From Octopus sinensis (lineage: Eukaryota): a DNA stretch of 64,000 nt. The notes beneath the pieces were generated by a model. The model was not told the origin of the DNA, made no database searches, and saw nothing but the letters and a program-made list of their open reading frames with translations. The DNA lies in assembly GCF_006345805.1 (NCBI RefSeq), contig NC_043002.1, positions 38,006,001 to 38,070,000 of the forward strand, read 5' to 3'. The translations under genes and the position numbers were made by a program. This document shows positions 1 through 14,400 of this stretch, in pieces (within the stretch, counting starts at the first letter, position 1; each line of letters begins with the position of its first letter).

Positions 1-73
1 TTTAGTGTGATGCATATAGGTATACATACGCACACGCACACACACACGCGCTCACATACCCATATACCACCCC

Positions 74-104
<31 letters not shown>

Positions 105-1524
105 CACCTTTAAATTTAACTGAAAACTCCCTTATATATACAAATATACTGGTGTATATGTGTCTATGCATGTGCTGCCTTAAACTTATTTGCTTTTTCT
201 AAGACTAAATGCTTCAGTCTCTTTGAATAAGACACCCACTTGTCTGCAATACTTTTTTCCCCGTTTATAGCTGTTCCTCTAGTTACCACTACCGTCACTG
301 TTGCATTGTTCACAATAATTGACTCTTATTTTCATATTTATCGATTTAATCTTTTGAATACCGAATCGATATGACGTTGCTAGAAGTTCAATGTATTATT
401 ATTTATAAATAGGCTGTCTTTTGTGGAAGAAAAAAAATAATAATAAATAAATAAATCTATATAAAAAAACTCCCACCATAAAAATTATAAAGCTGTTCAA
501 TCGAATCTATTGTAAAAACAATTATAGATTCATAATAATTACCAGATTCTTTTATCAAATCACGACAGCTTCCTCTCCCTGCCGTTAGGAATGCAAGCAC
601 TATTCATTAAAATACTGAAGCAGAATTCGATCTCCAACGGCTTGTCTATGCATTAGAAAACGTCTTGACGATCGGGTCTTGAGCAAATTAGACATTAAGA
701 TCCTTTCGTAAGCATTCAATGAAAAACGAAAATGAAAAGAAATATATGCGGAAATTAATAGACGCCATGGTGATCAGAAAAAACTGTCTGTCTCTTCTTA
801 AACATAGCTAATGGACTTTGCCTTTTAACTAAGAATAATAAACTCGACAAAACCTAAAGAAAATATTGGACTAATTATTGTTTAGTCTTTCTGAACGTGC
901 TCTTGGTTTCTTCCTTTTTATTCTGTTTTTTTACTTTAGTTTTCTTTCTTTTTAGAGCTAGTTTCTTTCTTTTGTGTCCGTTTTGTTCGTCACTCTTTGG
1001 TCTAAACCATAGATCAGAGAATGAATGGAAAAAAAGTTAACGAAACATATAACAGAACAACGACCAGTTTTTAAGACGACCGTTTAGAATACAATGAAAT
1101 GTACACAAATATTAATGTCAGTATGATTCAAAGTACACATAAGGCTTTGGCTTCTCATTAAAATATGGCTATCAGTTGGCGGGTATTCAACTTATTACCT
1201 GGTCAGTCTTCTGCAATTTGTAGTTTAACGGGAATCTCAGAATAAACTCTTTACCCAATAGAAATAGTAACCAAATCTCTTGTCTATCACTCGTTACTGT
1301 CTTAAAAATGCAAAGTACATTTGATAATGTACGCATTGTTACATGTCTGAAAAGGAAGATCAATTGCGATAGTTGGGAAGATTATGATAATAACTCTGCT
1401 TGAACAAAGCACACACCGAGCAGTAGTAGCATGAAATCTCTTAAATACACTATCCGAGTGCATATTATAATTCATTAGTATATCGTAGCTTGCAGAATTC
1501 ACATCCTTATGTGGTGTTAAAGCA

Positions 1525-1541
1525 ATGTATATATATGTATG

Positions 1542-1585
<44 letters not shown>

Positions 1586-1588
1586 TAT

Positions 1589-1679
<91 letters not shown>

Positions 1680-1735
1680 ATATATATATATCTATATATA
1701 TATCTATATATATATATATTATATATATATACATA
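1525..1735. repeat. Compound (TA)n/(CA)n microsatellite
   Basis: Directly visible. Confidence 0.98.
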
Positions 1736-2404
1736 GACATTTATATTCAGTAACTACTCACCTCATGAATTTTCAGAAAATACTTTCCCGTGTATCAAAC
1801 ATTGTAGCACTAACAAGCCTATATATTTTGCAATTATTACTATCACTCTTTATATATATTGACACGGTTTCACAAGCAATATTTCCTTTAAAACAAGTTT
1901 GAAAGACAAACAAAAACTTCATCCTACTTGAAAATATTTATTGAAATAACTATTTAATTAACTGCAAAAATAGGTGTGCTAATTGCATTTCACATTTTGC
2001 AATCTTGCAAGCTTGCCAACAGCATTACCGCAAAAGAAGGTACTTGTCATGAACAAGTTACACTTGCTTTTTCTTTAATAACTCTGTGGTTGTCCATCGC
2101 TAATTCAGTTAAACAATCGTTTTCTGCCTAAATCAGAATTTCGTATTTGGATGCAGGTACTGCATTCAGAAATAAAACGCTTAAATCACTTTCCCTTTAA
2201 TCTTATTTTGTGAAAATTGGTAAATCCAAGATTCCAAGAATGTAGTGTTCAGCTCTTTCACAGCAGAATTAGTAGCTACGTAAGTCTGTATAGAAACGCA
2301 GTACACTTACACATATATTCATGCACAATGGACACTTCCGTAAACTTTGCTCAAAAGTATATCCCTACAGTATAAGGACAAATTTATATATATATATATA
2401 TATT

Positions 2405-3402
2405 CTAGCATTAAAGACCCGTTGTTGCCGGGTCATAGTGCTAGTGCATGTATATATGTGTATGTATATGAGTACATATTACATGTACATCTATATATAT
2501 ACATCTACACATAAAATACAAAATACAAAGTTATATCTTGATATCGCTAGTGATAACAATACTCAAAATATATAACAGACTGGAATTGTAGGCCCGTCTC
2601 TTGCAATTTCGATCAATTGGATCTTGTTCGCCCTCTTGTATAGAAGTGTGGCTACAATCCAGCCTACCGCTACTTCTGGGGGGGGGGCATTTTAAATTTC
2701 TTTTCGGGACGTCCTACGTCCCAGATATAAAGGTAAAAATAAAATATTTCCACTTTGCAAGTTCGAGTCGAGTACTCCCTTGCACGCTCCGTTGACTCGA
2801 ACCTAGCTTCTATTGTGGCGAATTTACCGCCTCTGATTAGATATCTTTCATAGTCGCACCAAGACACTTTTTGAAGGTGCTTTCCTCCATCTGTTCAAAT
2901 CTTCTTTAGTCTTTTCTTTAATGTAATTTTTCATTATCCCTCTGGACTATTCCATTTCTGCACGCTAATTTTATTTTTAATTTATTCCCATTCATGTGAA
3001 ACCACTTATTCAAGTTCAAGTCATTGATGCAATTTTATACCAATTGCTATTTTTACTTTTGTTATGTTACGATTATATTATAATTTAGTTTGATTTTAAT
3101 TATTACTCACTACATATAATTCAATTGTTATTATTATTTTTATTGTTAAAGTGAAAGTATCTGACATAAAATAGAGAAATGTTTTTGTTTCACTTTTAAC
3201 ACGTAATACTGAAATAGCGGAGAAGATATGATATTGCTATGGGCTCGCTCTAGGCTCGAAGTTGTACATGTTTTTCGCCCATGAAACGACATGGACCCTA
3301 AGTAAGGCATGTGTAAAATTTTAATGAAATTGGTTGTGTTGTTCTCAAATTTTAGGGAAACACATAGACAGACAGACACACATTCTCAGTTTTATATAAA
3401 GA
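2405..3402 (-). mobile_element. Non-autonomous Helitron-like element
   Basis: Minus-strand 5' TCTTTATATAAAA followed by a (TGTC)-like tract; 3' hairpin GACCCG-7nt-CGGGTC at 2416-2434 just inside CTAG. Confidence 0.6.
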
Positions 3403-3550
3403 TATATATATATATATATATACATGCATACATACATACACACACACACATACATACATACATACATTCATACATACATACATACATACATACATACATA
3501 CATACATACATGCATACATACATACATACATACACACATACAAGCATAAA

Positions 3551-3882
3551 ACCCCCTTCGGTCACGAATGACCATGGAATCGTACCAATAAACTTATCTT
3601 TCGAGGCAAAAGGCTAGGCAATGTTGGTTATGGAAGACAAGCAGTCACCCATGTATACCAGCTTCCCTTCTTCACGCCACCGATGTTATCCAAGGGAAAG
3701 GCAAAAATCGATATAGATTGGCACAAGTGACGTTGCAACTCATTTCTACTGTTGAGTAAACTGGACAGCGTGAAATAAAGTATCTTGCTCACCAGTACCA
3801 CTCACAGCCAAATCCGGGAATCGAGCGCACTCATTCAAAATTGTGAGCTCGACGCTCCAGCTACTGAGTCATGCGCCTTCAC
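3551..3882 (-). mobile_element. tRNA-derived SINE family C
   Basis: Head GTGAAGGCGCATGACTCAGTAG..CTCGATTCCCGG; AACTGGA..GTGAAAT.AAGT core shared with 56590-56815 and 6320-6575. Confidence 0.7.
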
Positions 3883-3917
3883 TGTATACACACACACACA
3901 CACACATACAAACTCAT

Positions 3918-3952
<35 letters not shown>

Positions 3953-4082
3953 GGGCTTCTGAAAGTGGACAATATCTTCTTGGAGCGGAACATTTTATCC
4001 AGATGTTAGGAGCCAAGGAAGCCGTCAGAGATGTTTGGTGCCACCGTACTATTTTTAAAATTGTGTTCTCTTTTATTTAATA

Positions 4083-4478
4083 CTAGCAGTATCCCCCGGC
4101 GTTGCTCGGGTTTGTAAAGGAAATAACTATATAAGCATTTTTAGAGATGTAAAGTATAATAGCCATCTCAATATGGCTAACCACAAAGGGGGGTGTTACT
4201 GTAGCTTTTTACGTTCTGAGATTTAATAATACATTTTTAGAGAGTTAATTCCCTTATATTATAGCAAAAAAATGCATTAAAAATGGGAAAAAAATTATGG
4301 TAATTTTTTTTTTAAATCGTAGACTCATCGTAGACGCACGCTAATACCCAGAAGGGCTCGATATGAATCACGACTATAAGATACCCGCTTTTGGTTACAC
4401 TGCACCGCAAAATGTGGGAGTAGTTAGGAATCTAAATCGTAGGAGACAGACACACAACTTCACTTTTATATATAAAGA
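4083..4478 (-). mobile_element. Non-autonomous Helitron-like element
   Basis: 5' A|TC, 3' CTAG|T, subterminal hairpin CCCGAGCAACGCCGGG, no TSD; both ends shared with 10967-11479. Confidence 0.85.
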
Positions 4479-4927
4479 TTGCCTTTAAAACATATCTAAA
4501 TGTAACATTATTATCACTTATTTGTTAACCACAATCGCAAGGACAATATACTTATAGAAAAATATAGGTAGAGCAGTAGATAGGTATGCATCCAGGCATG
4601 CATCCATCCATTCCTCCAAACACACACAAACACACACAAACACACATATGCACATACATACATACATACCTCCATACGGTACGTATAATATGAAGGGGGT
4701 TAAAAGGTAGGTATACAGTATCATATCAATGTCATAAAACTTAATTCCTTACAATTATAAGCACATTAAATTAGTTAGCCTCAGTTTTGATAATTTTCGG
4801 TGTCATTCATCATAATAATACATTTATCATAATTATAATATTTTTATCGTAACTTTTTGATATTTTGATAAAAAAATAAATGAGTATTTTATGAGTTTTC
4901 TTTTTCGTAACAGCATACCTACTTTGG

Positions 4928-5332
4928 GGATCTTTTCGGATTGAACGGCAGTTTTTTTAAATAATTTCCACGTAACTAAATACTTTTAAACTTCGTACAC
5001 TGGAAGAATGTGTTTGTAAAACATCTTTTTCTTTTGGCTTTATTGGGAAAATTCTATAGTTTGTAAGATATTTGTTGGTTTTTCTTCAATTTTTGCAATT
5101 TCAACCAATCAATGACGTCTATTGAGGTGAAAATAGTTTGTGCCGTATGAATATGTCTCTCGTTTAAGAAACAGATTGGGTTTATTTACATTTCTGAAGA
5201 AAAAAAGATACCCTTCCCCCACCCTAACCAAAAACAGATTGAAATGCAATAGATCGATACTAGGGTCATAATTATGAGTGACAATTTCATATGACACCGC
5301 TAGAAAAACTGCCGTTCAAACAGAAAAGATCC
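4928..5332. mobile_element. MITE with ~30-bp TIRs
   Basis: GGATCTTTTCGGATTGAACGGCAGTTTTT vs AAAAACTGCCGTTCAAACAGAAAAGATCC; flanks TACTTTGG / TACTTTTG resemble an 8-bp TSD. Confidence 0.75.
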
Positions 5333-5965
5333 TACTTTTGCACCACCCTGTATACATCTACTGGAATTTAAACATACAAACTTACATTTAGCATTATGTC
5401 TGCACATATGTGTATGTATGTGTGTGTGTGCATGAGTTTTAGCTTAAGACATTTTTTATGTTTATACTTTACGAGGTGTTTCGTTTTCTTGGCCTCTACG
5501 GATTATTAAATATGATTAACAGTTTTATTATTAGTACCGCTGAGATGTAGTCGGCTCCAACTTAGCATCTCCTCCAACTTAGCATCTAATTATTTGCCAA
5601 TTCTATTAAGCAGTAGAATCCCTTGGCTTTCTTATTGAATCCACTGGTAATTTCACGCATAGAATAAGTCCCTTGGATGTCAGATATTTTTCTGTGTTTC
5701 ATTTTCATAAATTAATTGTATGTAGACAATATAAGATGCACAGATTCTTTAAAAATCGTATTTCATTTTGTAGAAGATGTTTGAAGAGAAATTTCTCACG
5801 GAATATCAGATATAGGACATTCTTCAATACTACTGAAGCCGCACAGGTGAATAGACGGAGGCAACGCTTTTAGAAGATTTAGCTTTGAGATTCATAAAAT
5901 CGATGAAACAAAGCCAGATTTCCAATAATATATATATACATACATACACATATATATACATACAC

Positions 5966-5996
<31 letters not shown>

Positions 5997-6027
5997 TACA
6001 CATATACACACACATACACACACATAT

Positions 6028-6074
<47 letters not shown>

Positions 6075-6319
6075 ATATTGTTGAAATATACAGAAAAACA
6101 AAAGACGAAGACAGGTGTATAAAGAACAAGCAGGTGTGTTAGTTTGACTCTCGGGGGGTGAGAAAGTATTTTACGTTTCGAAGCTACGCTCTTCAACAGA
6201 AAGGAGCACGCTGAAATATACACAGAAAGAGAGAGAATTTTGGAATTTTGGAATTAGCGGTCAATCGTATATATAAATATATATATAAAGGACTCTCCCG
6301 TCGAAGACGACGTTTGGGC

Positions 6320-6575
6320 ATTCAGCTTTCGCTGAACCACCTGCACAGATGATTCGTTTATAGTGATCAAATGTTCGCACATTACCTCGCTCTCTGCATT
6401 AAATCAATATTGTCTGAACAGGTGCACTGTGTACCACGCGTCAGGTGTCGAAATGATAGCAGAAAACTTGAGATGAAGTGTTTTGCTCAAGAACACAACG
6501 CACAACTCGGTCTAGGAACTGAAATCTGGATCGCTAGATTGCGGGTACTACACCCTAACCACTAGTCTATGCGCC
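6320..6575 (-). mobile_element. Family C-like SINE, diverged
   Basis: GATGAAGTGTTTTGCTCAAGAACACAACGCAC..CCCTAACCACTAGTCTATGCGCCC. Confidence 0.6.
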
Positions 6576-6747
6576 CAGTCTCACTCGTTCTCTCTCTTTG
6601 CCTGCCTGACAGTCTCTCTTTATCCCTCTGTCACCCTCACTATGTTTCTGCCTTTCCACCACTCTCTCTTTCCCTTTCTCTCCCTCTCTCTATCTCTCAC
6701 CTTCTCTCTCTCACTCTCTCTCTCACACATACAGGCACATATACATA

Positions 6748-7970
6748 TCAGGTCAACCCATACGTTTTGACCGATTTTACCTTTTTAAAAATTGAAGGAA
6801 ATTTAATAGTATTTTAGAATGTCTAATGGAATTAAAAATTATTTTTAGGCATGTTTGTATATTTAAACTAATGAAATATTAATTTACAGAATAATAGAAT
6901 TAAAATTTCTTTGATTAAAACCCTTTCTAACATGGAAGTATCCAAAGAGCATTTGAAGCACATAATGCTTTATGAGTACAAAAAAAGAAACTCTGCAGCC
7001 GAAGACTCGAAACATACACTCAGTTTAAGGGAAAGAATGCTTGAATGAAAGAACTTGCAGAAGATGTTTTGCAAAATTCAGAAGTGGAGATTTCAACCTT
7101 GAAATTGAGTTTGATGATAAACTCCTTCAGGCATTACTTGAAGAAAATCCTGGATTATCAGTTGAAGAATTGGCAATAAAGCTTAGTTCAAACCATACAA
7201 CTATTCATCGTTATCTTCAACAACTTGGAAGTGTTTCTAAACTTGGAAAATGGATGCCTCGTGAATTATCCGAAAGCAACTTCAAATTCCGAGTTGACAT
7301 CTGCTTTTCTCTCCATTCTCGCAAACTCATTTCACCCTTGTTGGATAGACTTGTGACTTGTGACGAAAAATGGATATTCTATCGAAATGTTAAACGTCGT
7401 AAACAGTGGCTTGGTAAAAGGGAAAAGCTCAACCACAACCGACAAGGGAACTTCATGGGAAAAAGGTTTTTCTCTCTATCTGGTAGGATTTCATAGGAGT
7501 AATTCACTTTGAATTGTTACCACCTAATGCAACAATCAATGCTCAAGTCTACTGTCAGCAATTAGACCGTTTGAACCAAGCTTTGGAGACCCGCTTTAGT
7601 GAATCGAAAACGAGTAATGTTTCATGAGGACAATGTGTGACCCCACACTGCAAAGATCACATCACAGAAGATCGAAGAGCTTGGTTGGGCAAAAATTCCT
7701 CATTCACCTTATTCTCCCGAGCTTGCTCCTTCAGACTACCATTTGTTTCGAAGTTTACAGAATCATTTAGGGTACGTAACTTTCGCAAGGAGGTCAAAAC
7801 TGCCTTTTTAGAGTTTTTCGCTTTGAAACCAAAAGAGTTTTACATTGATGGGATTAAAAAGCTTGTAAATAGATGGAAGGATGTCACAGATAATCAGGGA
7901 ATGTATATCGATGATTAAATCGCTTGTTTACTTTATTCAAAATTCGGCGAGAGGTTGCATTATGACCTGA
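6748..7970 (+). mobile_element. Mariner (Tc1/mariner, D,D34D) transposon, full-length, inactive
   Basis: Diverged TIRs TCAGGTCAACCCATACG... / ...TTATGACCTGA, each flanked by TA. Transposase remnant 6932-7918 has WMPREL, TCDEKW, HEDNV*PH and YSRACS/PSDYHLF motifs; broken by frameshifts and stops. Confidence 0.95.
6932..7918 (+). pseudogene. Mariner transposase pseudogene
   Basis: MEVSKEHLKHIMLYEY start; ORF-track pieces 7041-7496 and 7637-7918 are out-of-frame segments of one transposase. Confidence 0.92.
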
Positions 7971-7973
7971 TAC

Positions 7974-8046
<73 letters not shown>

Positions 8047-8211
8047 AATATGTGTGTGTATGTGTGTGTGTGTGTGTATGTGTGTATGTGCGAGTATATA
8101 TACATACATACATACATACATATATATATATATATTATATATATATATAAACATAATAAAATAGGGTAATAATAGATTATTATTACCAGTGGCCTAGCAC
8201 AAAAAACGAAT

Positions 8212-8339
8212 TAGTCATTAGACTATATATTATTCATATAAAAATACAATAAGATGCTTCCAAATAGGAAAGCGTTGTGCTAGGACACAAAAAGGGATAA
8301 ATTCACGAAAGGAATGACAATTAAAAACATTTACCATCT
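8212..8339 (+). repeat. 128-bp direct repeat, second copy at 10177-10304
   Basis: TAGTCATTAGACTATATATTATTCATAT...AAAAACATTT.CCATCT; only a handful of substitutions. Confidence 0.9.
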
Positions 8340-8345
8340 TAACTA

Positions 8346-8423
8346 TATCCCAGACCGACGGTTTCTAACTATTTCCAGCCCCCAAAAATATATTTGCCGA
8401 AGGCAATTTTCTCCAGTGGGACA
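8346..8423 (-). ncRNA. Hammerhead-ribozyme-like fold (A6G deviation)
   Basis: UGUCCCA-CUGGAGA-...-GAAA-CC-GUC-GG-UC-UGGGAUA: 7-bp stem I, 3-bp stem III, GUC triplet; stem II irregular. Confidence 0.4.
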
Positions 8424-8469
8424 GCCTTAATAAACCTGATGTACAGACTGTTAGATCCACATGTAGATC

Positions 8470-8564
8470 CAATGTACGTGATAACACTTTCAATTAGTTA
8501 AGATCAGAATCCATGAGAGCCAATGCCAGGTACTGCATCAGGGCATTTATTGTTGTTGTTGTTA

Positions 8565-8620
<56 letters not shown>

Positions 8621-8830
8621 GAGTGAGAGAACAGTGCATGCCATCAAAGTGACACTGGGTTAAAATACACGAAGCCCAGTGTACCCATCATGACCACCCG
8701 TCTGATAAGGGTACACTAGGCACATGCATCACTACCACATGTGCGCGACACGGTGATCTCATATCAAGATAAACATCACATGATCCTGCAGATGGAGCTC
8801 AGTTAGAATTTTTTTCTGGTCGAGTAACCC
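8470..8830 (-). mobile_element. Two partial copies of the (AAT)n-flanked element joined through (ATT)n at 8545-8620
   Basis: 8620-8830 matches 56930-57130; 8470-8545 matches 59050-59122. Confidence 0.75.
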
Positions 8831-9709
8831 ATTTACTAGTGCGGCCGCCTGATAACGAGTTCTGTCTCATGAGACTCACTTCTGAGAAAAGTTTGACCAT
8901 GCTTACCTTCAACTATAGATCCGCCGTGTCAGATCGGGCATAATGCTTAGCAGCAAAACAACAACCCAACCTGTTTCAAATTTTGACACAAAAGCCAGCA
9001 AGTTGAAGGGAGGGTGTAAGCTGATCACATCGTCCCATGTGCATCACTGTCACTTTTTTTATCGATCCCGAAAGGATGAAAGGCAAAAATCAACCTTGGC
9101 AGAATTTGAACCTACAACCCTACTTATATAGTAACTAATAACATGCGTTAAACTTATTTGGATTACATTCACTTCAATCAATTTCTCTGTAATTATGGTG
9201 TATGTTCCTATTTCTTTGCTAAGTTCTTACGCATTATTTCTGAAGGAGCACGGTTACGAATATGTGTATACACTTCCTTTATTTTATTCACATCTTTAAA
9301 AAATTATTCATTTCTGCATTTTACACTCTCTCGCAAACAGATTTCCTTAAATTCATCTGTTTATTTCTTGCTTCTCATCTATTTTCGTTTTAGAAGATAG
9401 TGCTGGGGGTCTCAATCGTGGACACTGGAGATAATTTATCTTCATATTGAAATTAATTTCTTCCTAAATATTTAATAGAAAACAAGGCTATTTTTATTAA
9501 AGTAGTATTTATAAATTCTCACACGGCGTTCTGAAATTTATATTGAGCCGAAAAGTTATTTCTTAACGAATAAATTGTGTATTTATTTGGGTTTTCGGTT
9601 TAGCCTAAACCCATAAATTTTCACTTCATCCAAATATGTATTAAATACAATTTTAATTGCTGTTTCAACAGAAAGCATCTTTTTATTCATAACTCGCATA
9701 ACCTGAGAA

Positions 9710-9951
<242 letters not shown>

Positions 9952-10966
9952 TGATGTATGCACAAATATAAAGTAATGAGAATGAAATCCATTGGTCTGC
10001 ATTTAGCGTTTAAATATATCTTAAACATTCTATTTTCACTTTTTGTTTCCCACTTCGTACGGCATTTCGATTAGATTGAATGATCGGTACTGATTGTTAA
10101 TTTTAATTTGCTTTTCATTGATATGAATTTCAAAATAAGTTTGTCAGTGCCCATCCGAATGAAAGTTTGAATTTAATAGTCATTAGACTATATATTATTC
10201 ATATAGAAATACAATAAGAGGCTTCCAAATAGGAAAGCGTTGTGCTAGGACACAAAAAGGGATAAATTCATGAAAGGAATGAAAATTAAAAACATTTGCC
10301 ATCTCGGAAGTAAGAGTCGTATATAAATTTAAAATTAACAAAGCAATTGAAAGATACTGTTATTTTGTTTCATCTGCAAAATATACTGTAACTCTCATGT
10401 GGTGCTTCTAAATCAGAATAAAATATTTTCTTGTACCTGAAAGTTATTTTATATCCTAGTAGCATACAAGATTGTTTTCGAATATGTTTTTGCTTTCACT
10501 TTCACGAAACACTTGATCATTACGTCGGTCTCTGTTTTCTCCTTACATCATTCGTTCTCTCTCATTACTATGCAGGAATTCGTAATTTGCCAACTGGTCA
10601 AGGGTAGTTGAAGTGTATGTTTATTTAGCTCGGAACGAGATAAGCAGACGATTGCACTTTGCATTCGTTAAACACCGGCAACATACTAAAGCAGTGGGGA
10701 TGAATGAAGAAAAACTCATAGTTATTTAAACACTTGTGATGGTAAACAGGTGCAGTTTTAGTGTATTGTAAAGAACAAAAATATAACCGGAACTATTTCG
10801 TATGACTTACATAATTAAAAAAAGTTTATTCTTGTATTTTTTCTTCTTTTATACATTTTATTTCTCAGCATATTTTGGAATAGTAGAATGTACAACGAAG
10901 GATCTAATTGTATGGGTTGCAGAAATGAACGAGGAAAATGATTTATGAAACAAATTTATATATAAA

Positions 10967-11479
10967 CTAGCAGTATCGCCCGGCGTTGCTCGGGTTTGTA
11001 AGGGAAATAACTATATAAGCATTTTTAGAGAGTTACTTCCCTTATAGATGCCAATTCGGGCTTTGTTAGCCATTTCTGTTTTGGTGTCTTCAAGCCATGA
11101 AGTCGTTGTTCTAAAAGAACGCTGGTCTCCTTGACAACGCTTTACGACGTTGATTTCCTTACACTCCCTTCCCCACAGCTTCACGAGGGAGGGAAGAAGG
11201 GGGAGAAGCAAACAGGTGCAGGTGTGACCATGGATGCCAACTCCGCCGCCATCGACACACGAAAAATTATGCATTAAAATGGAATAAAAAATGATGTTAA
11301 ATTATTTTTAAAATCGTAGACTCATCGTAGACGCGCGCTAATACGCAGACGGGCTTGATATGAATCGCGACTATAAGATACCCGAATTTGGTTAAACTGC
11401 ATCGCAAAATGTGGGAGTAGTTAGGAATCTAAATCGAAGGGGACAGACACTCACACAACTACAGTTTTATATATATAGA
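10967..11479 (-). mobile_element. Non-autonomous Helitron-like element, same family as 4083-4478
   Basis: Same termini and hairpin; different ~220-bp interior. Confidence 0.85.
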
Positions 11480-14400
11480 TATTTACTGCAACTGTTAAAT
11501 AGGAAAATATAACGTGGAAAATATAGATTTCAGTCATAGGTCAAACTGGATTTAGCAATGATATTTCAGTCTCCAAGGGATAAAGCACTTGCAAAAAGTA
11601 ACACAAGGTTAATAGTATCCAAAAAAGAGGCTTGCTAATCGGCTTTAAGAGCTAGTAATTACATCCAGTAATGCCTTATGAGTGAGTTTGATAGAAGGAA
11701 ACTCTATGCAAGCTTGCCGTATGTATAAATGTACGGGCATACGTACGTATGTATGTATGTATGTATGTATGTATGTATGTATGTATGTATGTATGTATAT
11801 ATGTATTTCTATATGTGTCTATGTACGTGTGTATATGTGCATGTATGTGCGTGTATGAATTTATTTCCGTATGTATATGTTTATGTGCGTGTATGTATGT
11901 ATTTATGTATGTATATGTGTATGTGTGTATATATGTGTGTATGTATATATATGTATGCATAAATGTGTGCGTGTGCGTGCAAGTCTGTATGTTTGTCACT
12001 CCAACAGAGTTTGACAACGGGGACTGGTTTTTTTACATTCTCGTCATTTAGTTGTTCGGCAACATTCAGACTGATATGATAAGTACTGGGGTCTATTTAG
12101 TCGACCAAACCTTTCAAGGCAATGTCTCAGCATAGTAGCTAAGAGTATAAATTAATAGAAATCGTTATAGTAGGTTTCTCTCGATTTGGCTCGAATCTTT
12201 TTACGAGCAACCGTAAAAAAACATTAAATGAATGAATATACAAATGTGGAGCTAAACAAATCTAGTGTAACAAGGCCTTTATGAAGAGTATAAATGGCAT
12301 TAGTGAATTAGGCGACTGAATTTACCCATGTATTTTTTTAAAATTTAAGACAAGAGGAAGCTATTTTGAAAAACAAATTCTAAATTTTAGCAGTTTGGAC
12401 ATAAATATAGAGGATGACTGCTCTATTTTCACCCTTAATTATGCAACCAGAAACCTAGTCATTCTAAACTGGTATTATTGTAGCATCATAGAAAAGAAAC
12501 CTTTTCAATTTAAGAAGATATTTCAAGTACATAAAAAGATAAGAGTACAATCAATAGCTCCGTATAAAATAGAATGTAGACCACCACCGATGACAGAGAG
12601 TAGGAACAACTGTCACTCTCTTATTGAATGTACTTTTCATGGTACATCAGTGGCCATTTCTTTAATCGGTATTTATGCAGTAACAAGCTGAGCAACATAG
12701 AGAACTGCACCTTAGACGAAACGTAGTGTATTCATGGATTTTCTATGTAACATTCGTCTGCTTGATCCGGGATGGCGAAAAGCTACACATATAACAAAGC
12801 AACTTCCTGATACAAACAAAATATTGAGAAAAATATTTTTTTTGGTGGGTTTTTAAACCAGGATTTACAGTCTTCTAATTTTTTATATAAAGTATCGATA
12901 TCAAGTTGTCTTATGGACTAATTGTAGAAGGGGGTCAGCATGTTTTGGCGTTTGCCTTCGATACTAGATGGGAAAGAAAGAAGAAATTAAGATTGGTTGG
13001 TTACAGTGATATGACTACGTGAATCAACCCGCCTTTAGACTAGCGATCTGGTAAAAATCTACTATAATAATATACTTGTGTTTTTTACCGTCACAGCATA
13101 TGCATGAGAAAGGAAGGGGTGATAGATAAACAAGGAAGAAAGTGGTGATGGAAAACAAGTAGTGGGATGCTGAACATTCCATTCTGAAAAGAAAAATCAA
13201 ACTGCGTTTCAACTCTGCGCGTGTATATGTGTGTATGTGTTTGCGTGTACAAGGGAAGTATGTGAATGTATGTGAACATTGACAAGTGTATTAATTTGAT
13301 TTACCATCCATATTTATATATAAAATACTACAATTAGCCGTCATTGTTGGCGGCACGGAGGCGGCTAGTGTTTGTAATAAGGTAGGCACCACTAAACACA
13401 CATAGATGCCACAGGGTGGTGTATAATACTTTTGAACAATAAGGCCTGCCATCCAAGACTAATTATGATATGTTCGATGGGTTTTTCCATCCAGTTTCCG
13501 TCGACACAATTTCAGATAACACTGGTTAATCTGATGTTATGCTAGAAAACTTAAACTTGTTTCAATAATTCAAATAGTGGGATTGATCCTGAACCCGTCT
13601 GATTGTAAAGAGAATCTACCTACTGTTTATGGTGAATCAACTAATTTTGCAAAGGAAATAGGATTAAATCAATGAACAATTTCAGTAACCAAAAGTGATA
13701 TATAATATATATAATATTTTGCTATAAACAAGTGCCTCTCCCCCACTCCCGCACACTTTATTTTGTTTCATTGTTATAGTTGATACTTAATTCCACCCAC
13801 AACCATTTCCAAACTTTCTAATTTTAAGAGAGTAGAATATAATTTGTGGGTGATTTAACTGCTCTTTTCAATGACAGCAACATTGACATATAGCCCACCT
13901 CCCTTTGAACTCACAAGGCAAATATCAATTCTTGCATTATTGCGATAAGTTTGGTGAACTACATCTAAATTAAACAGAATTCTACTACGATGAATGAAAA
14001 CATGCTTAAGTTAAAAAAGAGCCTCAGAGCAACTGAAGTTCTTCAGACCTATGCTAGTGAATTTAACTAAGTATATATTCTCTGAAAATTATGTGTCCAG
14101 CTAACATGGGGCAAAGGGAAATACAAAGAACCTGAGCGCCAGTATGGTTTTGTGGTCAAGATTTCGTTCCATAATCACGATTTCGCCAGCTAAATCTGGC
14201 CAGCTAAATCTGCGTGGTATCTTAGGTGGGGTATTCCCCTCCTTTTGCTTTTAATATCAATAAAGCAAATATCTGTGGATGAGTTTAAATAGATAGAAAA
14301 TGACGGAAACATTGTGTCCGACCTTATGTGAGTGTAGAAATTACTCAGTTTAATACCACTAACAAGAATCGGAAGCCTTTAGCAGACTCCACTCTCATCC

